From assembly GCA_021810455.1 (NCBI GenBank), contig JAJZIU010000003.1:1-49172 (forward strand): DNA of 49,172 nt, written 5' to 3'. This DNA is from Candidatus Micrarchaeota archaeon (lineage in GTDB: Archaea; Micrarchaeota; Micrarchaeia; Micrarchaeales; CABMGC01). A program made the position numbers and the translations under genes. Each line of letters begins with the position of its first letter. The first letter of the stretch is position 1. The notes under the pieces are model-generated. The model was not told the DNA's origin. It did no database searches and saw nothing but the letters and a program-made list of their open reading frames with translations. Shown piece after piece: positions 9,314-17,987 of the stretch.

Positions 9314-9526
9314 CTAGGTATATCCAAGCGCCTTTAGGCGTTCTATCACCGAGTTTTTTTCGTTTGAATCAGATTCCATTGTTGCCATCGTTTCCCTCAG
9401 TATATAAGTTACACAATCTGAAACTGAAGAAAAACCCGTGTTCTTTATCTTGTCTTCAATTCTCTCAAAAAGTGGCGTTGGTATGGTTATAGTAGTGTAC
9501 TTTCGTTTAGTTCCATTCTTTTTCAT
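9314..9526 (-). CDS. CopG/ribbon-helix-helix regulator with C-terminal RLKALGY tail
   Basis: YTTITIPTPLFERIEDKIKNTGFSSVSDCVTYILRE ribbon-helix-helix pattern; first gene of the operon. Confidence 0.85.
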   Translation of the reverse strand: MKKNGTKRKYTTITIPTPLFERIEDKIKNTGFSSVSDCVTYILRETMATMESDSNEKNSVIERLKALGYT

Positions 9527-9671
9527 ACAATCCCAATGTTGTTTAATGTTACAACATTATAATACAAGATTATAAAAACCTTTCAGAAGCTGACTCAGAT
9601 AACTATGCAGGCATAATGAGGTTATAGAAACATTTTTAAACGATAGGTTTTTATGAAGAATAGGGATTGGT

Positions 9672-9870
9672 ATGAACGGTTTTGAATCAAACATAGAGAC
9701 GGATACTGTTGCAAATGGAGATTTTAGAAGGGTTTTGTATACGGGAAAGCATAGCCAACTTGTTCTTATGAGCCTAAAACCCGGGGAGGAGATAGGAGAG
9801 AGTATAGGGTTTGATGCTGTTGATGCTGGGAAGTTAAAGTCTGCAAGATATCTTGAGGCTCTGGGAATGC
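9672..9870 (+). pseudogene. Fusion remnant: cupin N-terminus joined to the C-terminal part of an F420/NADP-oxidoreductase-like gene, interrupted by the IS
   Basis: FRRVLYTGKHSQLVLMSLKPGEEIGE (cupin start; the metal-binding His region is missing), then SIGFDAVDAGKLKSARYLEALGM. Confidence 0.7.
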
Positions 9871-10050
9871 GTGACATCCCCCCCACCCGTAAACGGCGTG
9901 GGCTTCCTCTGCGTTCATGCAATCACTGCATCGTGCAGAGGATGTGTTTTATCGGTTCTCAGTTCTTCGAGAGTTGCCTCCTGTTGAGGTCTTACATTCT
10001 CTCCCCGAGCGTGACTTTCCCTCTGTCCGAGGGTAGCTCTTTTGGGTATG
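9871..10050 (-). ncRNA. Predicted TnpB reRNA (omega RNA) scaffold; guide read from the flank below 9871
   Basis: Established TnpB architecture plus the right-end hairpin; the 5' boundary is approximate. Confidence 0.6.
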
Positions 10051-11126
10051 TTTATTGATGCGTTTATGTCCCTGTCCAACTGCAATCCGCATTTATCGCA
10101 GTTGTATTCTCTGACGGAGAGTGGCATTTCCCGTATGTTGCCACAATTACTGCACTCCTTTGATGTATTCCTTGCGTCTACTTTCATTACCTTCATACCA
10201 GCACTTTCAGCCTTGTATGAGAGGTATTGGACGAACCTGTTCCATGAAGCGTTCTGTATCGAACCTGCCAATCTGTGATTCTTTACCATGTTTTGTATAC
10301 GCAGGTCTTCCACTGCAAATGAAGTATATCCTGAATTGACGAGAGTATCTGAAAGTTTGTGAAGATAATCATCTGATTGGTTTGTTATGTGTTCGTATGT
10401 CTTCTGGAGATCTGCCTTCGCCTTCTCCCTTCTCTTTGAGCCTTTGTTCCTCCTTGCGACTACCCTTTGCCAATGCGAAATCCTTTTTCTGTTCTGTTGC
10501 ATGAACTTTGGCTTCTCTATCTTTGTTCCGTCTGAAATTGCAATGAATGAATCCAGTCCTAGATCTATCCCGACTGGATTGGTGTTCTCCACTTCGGGAA
10601 TTCTGATGTTATTTATCGTGGTGAAGATTGCGTAATAGTTCTTTCCTTCCCGCTTTATTGCGAGCGTCTTTATTGTGCCTTCTATCTTCCTATGCAAATC
10701 TATCGGCATTGTTCCTATTCTTGAAATTCTTAGCCTGCCCTTTCTTATCGAGAAGGAACCATTGTCCTGTGGATAGGTTATTGACTTGTATCTGTCTTTT
10801 GACTTGAATCTTGGGAAGCCTGCCTTCCTGTTTCCTTCCTTGATTCTCCTGAAGAAATTTTGGTATGCCTTCATAAGCCTGAATTCTATCTCGCATCTTG
10901 TTTGCGAATACAGTTTCAGGTATTTCTTGTCTTCTTGAATTATTTCTTTTACAAATCTGTTGAATTGCGCCATTGATACTTTGTGATTGTCATTCTTATA
11001 TGATCGAATCGATTTCTCAAGAAGTCTATTGTAGAACCGCTGCGCAAGAATTAGGCGTTTATCTATTTCTTCCTGCCGTATGGTATCAGGATAGATTCGG
11101 AATTTATATGCCTTCGTCAATTCCAT
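9915..11126 (-). CDS. tnpB: RNA-guided endonuclease TnpB
   Basis: KAYKFRIYP, GFPRFK, RuvC residues GIDLG / AVEDL / DRDINA, zinc finger CSNCG...CDKCG. Confidence 0.96.
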   Translation of the reverse strand: MELTKAYKFRIYPDTIRQEEIDKRLILAQRFYNRLLEKSIRSYKNDNHKVSMAQFNRFVKEIIQEDKKYLKLYSQTRCEIEFRLMKAYQNFFRRIKEGNRKAGFPRFKSKDRYKSITYPQDNGSFSIRKGRLRISRIGTMPIDLHRKIEGTIKTLAIKREGKNYYAIFTTINNIRIPEVENTNPVGIDLGLDSFIAISDGTKIEKPKFMQQNRKRISHWQRVVARRNKGSKRREKAKADLQKTYEHITNQSDDYLHKLSDTLVNSGYTSFAVEDLRIQNMVKNHRLAGSIQNASWNRFVQYLSYKAESAGMKVMKVDARNTSKECSNCGNIREMPLSVREYNCDKCGLQLDRDINASINIPKRATLGQRESHARGENVRPQQEATLEELRTDKTHPLHDAVIA

Positions 11127-11216
11127 GTTGTTTATATCAATATCCCATTTCTATATACCTTTTGCGGTTCGCTTTCATCCCACCCATAAATGGTGTGGGA
11201 TTTCCCGCTCACTTTG

Positions 11217-11281
11217 TTAACATAGAGCTTGGTTTTTCTCAGAAACTCGGCACTGCAATAGGATTTAGATTGGTAAGATAA
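11217..11281 (+). pseudogene. 3' end of the IS-interrupted oxidoreductase remnant
   Basis: (L)NIELGFSQKLGTAIGFRLVR* continues ARYLEALGM from 9870 in frame. Confidence 0.75.
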
Positions 11282-11383
11282 CGGTAATAAATGCTGGATA
11301 TTTTATTAGTTATGCTTTAGAGAGCAGCAGTCAAGACTTATTATTCTTGCTATGTAAATCTTATGCGGTAGTGAGGAATTACA

Positions 11384-13081
11384 ATGAGGATACTTCAATT
11401 CGACGTTGACAACATAACTTATAAAGCGGTGAGACCAGAGGCAAGCATATATGAAGATCTTAAAAATAAAGATACGGTCTCAGTAGATGATACGCTTGTA
11501 ATATTCGTATGCGTTGAAAAAGGGGATGATGACAGCATAGCTGACAAGGCAATGGACGATACTGAAGAATTTATGAAAAAGTTAGACAGGAAAAAACTAG
11601 TGGTGTATCCGTTTGCCCATCTGAGCAGCGACTTAGCAGCACCAAGAGACGCGATGGCAATAATAGATCGCATGTATAAGGCAGTGCCTGAAAATATAGA
11701 GGCTTATAAAGCGCCTTTTGGATGGAACAAAAAATTGGATTTGGATGTTAAAGCCCATCCGTTGGCAGAACAATCCAGGAGCTATGGAGACGGAATTGAG
11801 AAGAAAATTTACAATAAAGCACGGCCAACAAGCATAAACACAGCAATAGTGAAGAAGAGCAGTTGGGCAGGTTTGCCTGAAAATGATCACAGGACGATAG
11901 GTGAAAAACTAGACCTATACAGCTTTCAGGAAGTTTCTCCAGCAATGGTTTATTGGCATCCTAATGGTTATGTTATATACAAAGAACTAATGAAATTCAT
12001 GAGGGAGAAGGAGGACGAATATGAATATAAAGAGATAAGCACTCCGATAGTTGCAAACACTGCACTATGGCATGTCAGCGGTCATATGGACTTTTACAGA
12101 AAGGATATGTTTATATTCGACTCTGGGTTCGGCGAATTGGGATTAAAACCGATGAACTGCCCTTCATCCATACTAATTTACAAATCAAAAACATGGAGCT
12201 ACAGGGATCTTCCTTTCAGAACTGCGATATTTGATAAGTTATATAGAAGTGAATTATCCGGAGTTGTGACAGGATTGTTTAGAGTTAAGGAGTTAACCCA
12301 AGATGATGGACACATCTTTCTTAAAGAAGATCAGATAGAGGATGAATTAACTTCTTTCTTAAGGATGGTTAAGGAAGTTTACACAACTTTTGACCTTAGA
12401 TTTAATGCGAAGTTATCAACAATGCCAAGTGAACATGTTGGAGATGAAAGCATGTGGGAAAGGGCCACCGCAGCGCTGAAAAATGCTTTGGAAAAAAATG
12501 ACGTGAAGTACGAAATTAAAGAAGGAGAGGGCGCGTTTTATGGCCCGAAGATAGATTTTGATGTTTTGGATTCCTTGGGAAGATTATGGCAGTGTGCAAC
12601 AGTGCAAGTAGACTATCAGATGCCACTAAAATTCAATCTTGAATACATGAACGAGAGTGGAAGCACAAGCATACCCGTAATAATACATCGTGCAGTATTG
12701 GGCAGTTTGGAGAGATTTATAGGAGTGATGACAGAGCACTATCAGGGGAAGTTCCCAACATGGCTTGCCCCAGTACAAGTGCGTGTAATATCGATATCCG
12801 AACAAACTGAAAAATATGCAAATGAAATTTACAAAGAACTCAGAAGTAATAGAATAAGAGCCGAGCTTGATGTCGGAGACAAAACATTAGAATATAAAAT
12901 AAGAGATTGCACGCTTCAGAAAATTCCTTACGCCATAATACTAGGTAAGAAGGAGGAAGAGAGGAATGAGATTACAATAAGGAGCAGGTCTGGACAGCAG
13001 AAACGTAATGTAAAAATAGGAGAATTTATAGAACAGCTAAAAGACGAAGTGACAACACGTTCCAATAATTTAGCGTTTTAG
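11384..13081 (+). CDS. thrS: Threonyl-tRNA synthetase (archaeal-type editing domain + bacterial-like catalytic domain)
   Basis: YPFAHLSS, APFGW, HPLAEQSR editing domain; KPMNCP, GLFRV, QDDGH, GAFYGPKID, IHRA, GSLERF. Confidence 0.97.
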   Translation: MRILQFDVDNITYKAVRPEASIYEDLKNKDTVSVDDTLVIFVCVEKGDDDSIADKAMDDTEEFMKKLDRKKLVVYPFAHLSSDLAAPRDAMAIIDRMYKAVPENIEAYKAPFGWNKKLDLDVKAHPLAEQSRSYGDGIEKKIYNKARPTSINTAIVKKSSWAGLPENDHRTIGEKLDLYSFQEVSPAMVYWHPNGYVIYKELMKFMREKEDEYEYKEISTPIVANTALWHVSGHMDFYRKDMFIFDSGFGELGLKPMNCPSSILIYKSKTWSYRDLPFRTAIFDKLYRSELSGVVTGLFRVKELTQDDGHIFLKEDQIEDELTSFLRMVKEVYTTFDLRFNAKLSTMPSEHVGDESMWERATAALKNALEKNDVKYEIKEGEGAFYGPKIDFDVLDSLGRLWQCATVQVDYQMPLKFNLEYMNESGSTSIPVIIHRAVLGSLERFIGVMTEHYQGKFPTWLAPVQVRVISISEQTEKYANEIYKELRSNRIRAELDVGDKTLEYKIRDCTLQKIPYAIILGKKEEERNEITIRSRSGQQKRNVKIGEFIEQLKDEVTTRSNNLAF

Positions 13082-13083
13082 GT

Positions 13084-13416
13084 ATGGTTATGGATTTGGC
13101 TAGGAAGAAATGTGTGCCTTGTGAGGGTGGAGTGAAACCTTTTTCACGAAAAGTTGCAAAAAACTACGCAAAACTTGTGAGTGGCTGGAAACTGAACGGG
13201 AACAAAATACAGCGTGAATTTAGATTCAAGAATTTTTTACTTGCTATGAAATTTGTAAATAATGTAGCAAGGATAGCGCAGAAGGAAGGACACCACCCAG
13301 ATATACTATTATATTCATGGAATCACGTAAGAATAACAACGTATACTCACGCGATAGATGGCCTTTCGGAAAACGACTTCATACTCGCTGCAAAAATAGA
13401 TGGTATTGACAAGTAA
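13084..13416 (+). CDS. phhB: Pterin-4a-carbinolamine dehydratase
   Basis: CVPCEGG, EGHHPDI, YTHAIDGLSENDFILAAKID. Confidence 0.92.
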   Translation: MVMDLARKKCVPCEGGVKPFSRKVAKNYAKLVSGWKLNGNKIQREFRFKNFLLAMKFVNNVARIAQKEGHHPDILLYSWNHVRITTYTHAIDGLSENDFILAAKIDGIDK

Positions 13417-13444
13417 TAAAAACTTAAAAGCGTAAAGTATAGTG

Positions 13445-14104
13445 ATGGATAAGCCTGTAGAGATAATTATTGATGATAGAGAACGCAACGAAGAGATAGT
13501 CAATGGTCTTGAACAACATAATGTGAGTGTGAGATTCGCACAATTACCAGTAGGAGATTATATCATATCTGATAGGATTTGTGTTGAGAGGAAAACTGTC
13601 TCAGATTTCTCAAATTCGGTAATGGATCTTAGATTATTTGATCAGATAGAAAGACTTAGTAGAAGCTTTCAGAAGCCGATTTTGATAATAGAAGGAGACG
13701 AAGAAATTTCCATAACAAAAAATGCAATGATAGGTGCAATGCTAAAGGTGTGCATAGATTCGAATGTACAGATACTTAGATCTGAATCAGGAGAAGAAAC
13801 GGCATACATGTTATCAAGATTAGCCGAAAGAGAACAGATAGTTGATGATAGGGAACCGAGAATATTAGGGTTCAAAAAAGCTTATACAAATAGACAGTGG
13901 CAATTGCTAATCCTTAGTTCGATACCGGGAGTAGGACCAAAACTCGCAAAGGATCTTTTAGCAAAGTTCAAAACAATTAGGAATGTGGTCGATGCGAATA
14001 TCGAAGATCTAATCTCTGTAGATAAAATAGGAAAGATTAAAGCAAGTAGGATACACAAGATACTTAATATGGAAAGCGGGGATGAGGTAGATGGATCTTA
14101 TTAA
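13445..14104 (+). CDS. XPF/ERCC4 structure-specific endonuclease (nuclease + HhH2, no helicase)
   Basis: IIIDDRE, LPVGDY, VERKT, IPGVGPK and VDKIGK HhH motifs. Confidence 0.9.
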   Translation: MDKPVEIIIDDRERNEEIVNGLEQHNVSVRFAQLPVGDYIISDRICVERKTVSDFSNSVMDLRLFDQIERLSRSFQKPILIIEGDEEISITKNAMIGAMLKVCIDSNVQILRSESGEETAYMLSRLAEREQIVDDREPRILGFKKAYTNRQWQLLILSSIPGVGPKLAKDLLAKFKTIRNVVDANIEDLISVDKIGKIKASRIHKILNMESGDEVDGSY

Positions 14105-14723
14105 AAAGTTGTTTGAGAGTGGCGAACAAAACATACTGATTAAGTGCAGAAATCTTGTCAGCATATCCATAAAGGCAAACACAATGCTCAGGGAAGTAAT
14201 AGATGGAGCACAGGTTTTGGGAGAAGTGAAAAAACTTGAAAGTGAAGCGAGCAAAAAATCGTTCATGCTTTCGAATTTGATAACTTCTGGTGCAATAGCT
14301 CCAAATATCATAGACAATATGATATCATTGGTAAATACTGAGGATGAAATAGTAGACTCAGTATTCAATCTTTCTAGACAGCTTTTGAGATACAAAATCG
14401 CTGATAATAAAAATGGAAATTTCCTAAGAGAGAATCTAATAAACATGAATGAACTGGCTTCCAATGCGCTTGGACAGCTATATGACATGCATACGACAGA
14501 TGACATAGGTAACATAGGAAAGATACGGACGAAGATAAAAACTCTTGAGAATAAGGGAGATGTGATAAAGGATAACGTTCTGGATTTTGTTTATAAATCA
14601 GACATGGACTTTAGAAGTTTTTATCACATTATGAATTCCACATATTTGGCAGATGATATATTAGATAATTGTGAAGATGCATCTGACATTTTCATGAGCA
14701 TAATGCTTTCACTAACAACATGA
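14091..14723 (+). CDS. DUF47/PhoU-like phosphate transport accessory protein
   Basis: All-helical; LENKGD and DDILDNCEDASD motifs; upstream of the PiT gene. Confidence 0.8.
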   Translation: MDLIKKLFESGEQNILIKCRNLVSISIKANTMLREVIDGAQVLGEVKKLESEASKKSFMLSNLITSGAIAPNIIDNMISLVNTEDEIVDSVFNLSRQLLRYKIADNKNGNFLRENLINMNELASNALGQLYDMHTTDDIGNIGKIRTKIKTLENKGDVIKDNVLDFVYKSDMDFRSFYHIMNSTYLADDILDNCEDASDIFMSIMLSLTT

Positions 14724-14834
14724 CCATAATTTAGAGGTATTGCTATCAACAAAGACACGCCATACATAAAAACAATGTTGATACACATCACATAAGTATT
14801 TTCTCTTCTTTTACCTGAATATGGTAGAATCATA

Positions 14835-15761
14835 ATGCTTCCCTTTGCGCTGATAAATCTGATAATGTCATTCGTACTTATAGCCTTAGTTTCGGGAAAC
14901 AATCTGCCAGTATGCTCTGGTTCCATAATAGCTGCAAAAATAGTTAACAGAAAAACAGGCATACTTCTGACCGTATTTGGTTATGTCATAGGTCTGGCAT
15001 TGCAGGGAAGTTTGCTAAGATACGGACTTAACGCCATACTTCCCGTAAATGAAACAGCCCTTCCTTCCGTAGCACTTTTCATAGCAATGATTATATTCTT
15101 GATAGCTCACAAGTGGAGAGTTCCGCAATCATTATCAATCACTTTTAGTATGGCGATTTTGGGGATAAGCATGGCATACACAGAGAGCATAAATTGGACT
15201 TTTGTGGGATTTATGCTGGGTTTATGGATATTTGCAACAGGAGCAGCATTGGTAACTACATTCGTTTCTATGAAAATGCTTCCCTTACTCATGTATAAAA
15301 GGAGAGTATGGAGAGTTGTTGGCGCAATAAAACCAATGCTCATAGTAACCTCTTTTTTAGCAGCATTTACATTAGGGGCAAACACCATAGGATTTGTATC
15401 AACTGCTGTGAATGGAGGCGTATATACGATTCCAGTATTCATATTGGCCATAATTGTTGGTAGTGTGTTTCTTAGCAGAGGGGAATTGAAACGCATAGGA
15501 CACGAAATACTACCTTTAAGATACGCAAACGCCCTTGTATCACAGTTTGTTTCGGTGATTTTGGTAGAACTTGCCACGTTGTTCGGCGTGCCTTTATCAA
15601 ACACACAGACATTTACTATGGGATTGTATGGGGTTGGACTTGGTTATAAAACGAGACTGATAAGAACCAGACCAGCAATGACAATATTTCTTACATGGAC
15701 GGTAACTGCAATAGTTAGTTTGATATTAGGTTATGTAATGACAAAGACACTTATTCTGTAG
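14835..15761 (+). CDS. Inorganic phosphate transporter, PiT family
   Basis: SGNN and GANT signature repeats, PQSLS and PLSNTQ, multiple TM segments. Confidence 0.82.
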   Translation: MLPFALINLIMSFVLIALVSGNNLPVCSGSIIAAKIVNRKTGILLTVFGYVIGLALQGSLLRYGLNAILPVNETALPSVALFIAMIIFLIAHKWRVPQSLSITFSMAILGISMAYTESINWTFVGFMLGLWIFATGAALVTTFVSMKMLPLLMYKRRVWRVVGAIKPMLIVTSFLAAFTLGANTIGFVSTAVNGGVYTIPVFILAIIVGSVFLSRGELKRIGHEILPLRYANALVSQFVSVILVELATLFGVPLSNTQTFTMGLYGVGLGYKTRLIRTRPAMTIFLTWTVTAIVSLILGYVMTKTLIL

Positions 15762-16179
15762 GCAGACCGGCATAAGACACAGAACTTGCTTCGTTGTAAT
15801 CCAAAGACAAAGTGCATTTTTTACCGAGTCTGATCTTAGTCTTTTTCACGAACTCAGTAAGAACCCTAGTACTTGATGCAACAATCATAAATTTGTATCC
15901 CGATGCACCACAAACCCTAATAGCCGTTTCTATGCGCATTGTTTTAGCTATGAATAGAAGCATTTCCATTCTGAGAGTTTTAGCCCGAGCTATGCCATCA
16001 TTTTGTCTGACAATGGAATTAAGATATGCAGGAAGTACCCTGTTTAATATTGATTTGTCATTTTTCAGTAGTAATATGAACTCGTTATCACTAGTTTGTG
16101 CGGATTCACGAAGCAGGTCATTAACAGGTACATGCGAAGATGCGAAATAGACTACAGGCTTTTTAACGTGATTTTCCAT
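15751..16179 (-). CDS. cgi121: KEOPS subunit Cgi121-like protein
   Basis: ARAKTLRMEMLLFIAKTMRIETAIRVCG resembles the Cgi121 E(I/M)LL...RQI..A motif. Confidence 0.65.
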   Translation of the reverse strand: MENHVKKPVVYFASSHVPVNDLLRESAQTSDNEFILLLKNDKSILNRVLPAYLNSIVRQNDGIARAKTLRMEMLLFIAKTMRIETAIRVCGASGYKFMIVASSTRVLTEFVKKTKIRLGKKCTLSLDYNEASSVSYAGLPTE

Positions 16180-16241
16180 TAAACCACAATGAATATAGCC
16201 TTTCTCTTCTATATTTTTATCTACTGTTTATAAGTGATTAG

Positions 16242-16643
16242 ATGAGTCAGTTCGGTTCACAGTTTCATGGAAAATCTGAAAGGAAGATAGGCGGTAATGG
16301 GAAGCAAAAGAAGAAGTCCAGAGATAAGAAAAGGCACGAGATGGGAGGCTTCTTCGTAGCGACAAGAGTAACTGAGGCTGAAGCCAATGTTTCAAAAAGT
16401 GTCAGGACTAGAGGAGCAGGAAGGGTAAACAAGCTAAAGTATGCCGCATTTGCAAATGTGCTTACAAAACAAGGATACAAAAAAGCGAAGATAAAGTCAA
16501 TTTTGGAATCTAAGGATAACAGAAACTTTGCCAGACTCAAGATAATGACAAAGGGATCCTTAATAGACACAGAACTTGGAAAGGCAATAATAACAAACAG
16601 GCCAGGGAGAGAAGGCTGTGTTAACGCTGTTCTCCAAGTGTGA
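16242..16643 (+). CDS. rps8e: Ribosomal protein eS8
   Basis: RDKKRHEMG, RTRGAG, IMTKGSLIDTELGKAIITNRPGREGCVNAVL. Confidence 0.96.
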   Translation: MSQFGSQFHGKSERKIGGNGKQKKKSRDKKRHEMGGFFVATRVTEAEANVSKSVRTRGAGRVNKLKYAAFANVLTKQGYKKAKIKSILESKDNRNFARLKIMTKGSLIDTELGKAIITNRPGREGCVNAVLQV

Positions 16644-16647
16644 TTAG

Positions 16648-17022
16648 ATGCCTGAAAGAGTTTACGCGTGTGAATCGAAGTACATAGATTCATTAAAGAA
16701 ACTTATGGAGTATGACCCCTATCTTGATAAAAATCTTACCGAAGAACAATTGTCTAAAATTAAGACCGATCCAGAAGCAAATGTTATATTCGCAAGGCAA
16801 GATTATAAAATAAAGGATGGAATATCGGTAGGGCTTGACGGTAAATTTTACTACTTGTACATAAGCGCTAACGACGAGTTTATAGAAAAGGCAGACAAGA
16901 AATTAAAGAGCACGATACCTGGAATAAAACGTGTTGATTCAGAAACCGAAACTAAAATAATATCAACAATAAACAAAGAAAGGGAAGAGAGTGAGGAGGG
17001 CATAGGCCTAATCTTCAGGTAA
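16648..17022 (+). CDS. Conserved-looking archaeal hypothetical protein
   Basis: 124-aa ORF spaced 4-5 bp from rps8e and argF. Confidence 0.75.
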   Translation: MPERVYACESKYIDSLKKLMEYDPYLDKNLTEEQLSKIKTDPEANVIFARQDYKIKDGISVGLDGKFYYLYISANDEFIEKADKKLKSTIPGIKRVDSETETKIISTINKEREESEEGIGLIFR

Positions 17023-17027
17023 TCCAA

Positions 17028-17915
17028 ATGGATCTGTTGAGCATCGCAGACCTTTCAAAATATGAAATAGAAAAGATATTGTCTCTTTCGAAAACTAAAC
17101 AAAAGAGCATAACTGGGAAACATGTAGTTGCACTTCTTTTTGAGAAACCTTCAACAAGAACCAGAACTTCATTCGAATCAGCTGCAACACGAATAGGGTG
17201 GAGTAGCATATATCTGGATTCTCTATCATTACAGATGTCTAGAGGAGAAAGTATAGAGGATACAGCAAAAGTACTGAGTATGTACGTTGATATGATAGTA
17301 GCAAGGCTTGGAAGCCATACGGATATAGAACGCGTAGCTTCAAGTTCTACAGTACCGGTGATAAATGCTCTCACAGATCTTGAACATCCGTGCCAGGCTC
17401 TTAGTGATCTTTATACTATAAATGAAGCGAAAGGGAAACTGGATGGATTAAAAATAGCATTCGTGGGAGACATAGCGACAAACACGGCAAATTCACTTAT
17501 GATAGGAGCGGTGAAAATGGGAGCCGCGATGGCCCTCGTAGGACCTAAATCATGGAAGCCTAATGAAAAGTATTTTGAAATGGCAAAAAAATACGGAAGT
17601 ATAGAAGTGTATAACAACATGAAAGATGGACTTGAAGATGCAGACATAGTTTATACTGACACATTTGTTAGTATGGGCAAGGAATCCGAAGCAGCAAGAA
17701 GAAGGAGAATATTTACACCTTATCAGATAAATGAAAGAACTCTTGATTACGCAGATGATAAGGCGTTGGTTATGCACTGCCTTCCAGCACATAGAGGAGA
17801 GGAGATAACAACAGAAGTACTTGATGGTAGAAGAAGTCTCGCATGGAAACAGGCTGCAAATAAATTACCAGTAGAGGAAGCCATATTGGAGTACGTATGG
17901 AGAAGCGAGAATTGA
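17028..17915 (+). CDS. argF: Ornithine carbamoyltransferase
   Basis: FEKPSTRT, HPCQ, DTFVSMG, HCLP. Confidence 0.95.
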   Translation: MDLLSIADLSKYEIEKILSLSKTKQKSITGKHVVALLFEKPSTRTRTSFESAATRIGWSSIYLDSLSLQMSRGESIEDTAKVLSMYVDMIVARLGSHTDIERVASSSTVPVINALTDLEHPCQALSDLYTINEAKGKLDGLKIAFVGDIATNTANSLMIGAVKMGAAMALVGPKSWKPNEKYFEMAKKYGSIEVYNNMKDGLEDADIVYTDTFVSMGKESEAARRRRIFTPYQINERTLDYADDKALVMHCLPAHRGEEITTEVLDGRRSLAWKQAANKLPVEEAILEYVWRSEN

Positions 17916-17987
17916 TTTCAGTCATAAATATGTGTCTTGAAATCAGTATAGGTTTATAAATATTGACAAGCTCTATTAATAGGTTTC

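Larger units (their letters stand above)
9871..11216 (-). mobile_element. IS200/IS605-family, IS1341-type element (tnpB only, non-autonomous), 1346 bp
   Basis: Left-end hairpin 11177-11201 with guide AAAT and flanking target TTAA; right-end hairpin 9882-9902 with guide GAAG and terminal TCAC; no target duplication; removing the element restores a reading frame. Confidence 0.92.

Noticed and set aside
9672-10058. 128-aa ORF as an intact cupin, and ORF 10973-11281
   Set aside because: Both are read-throughs across IS ends; only 9672-9870 and 11217-11281 are host-gene remnants
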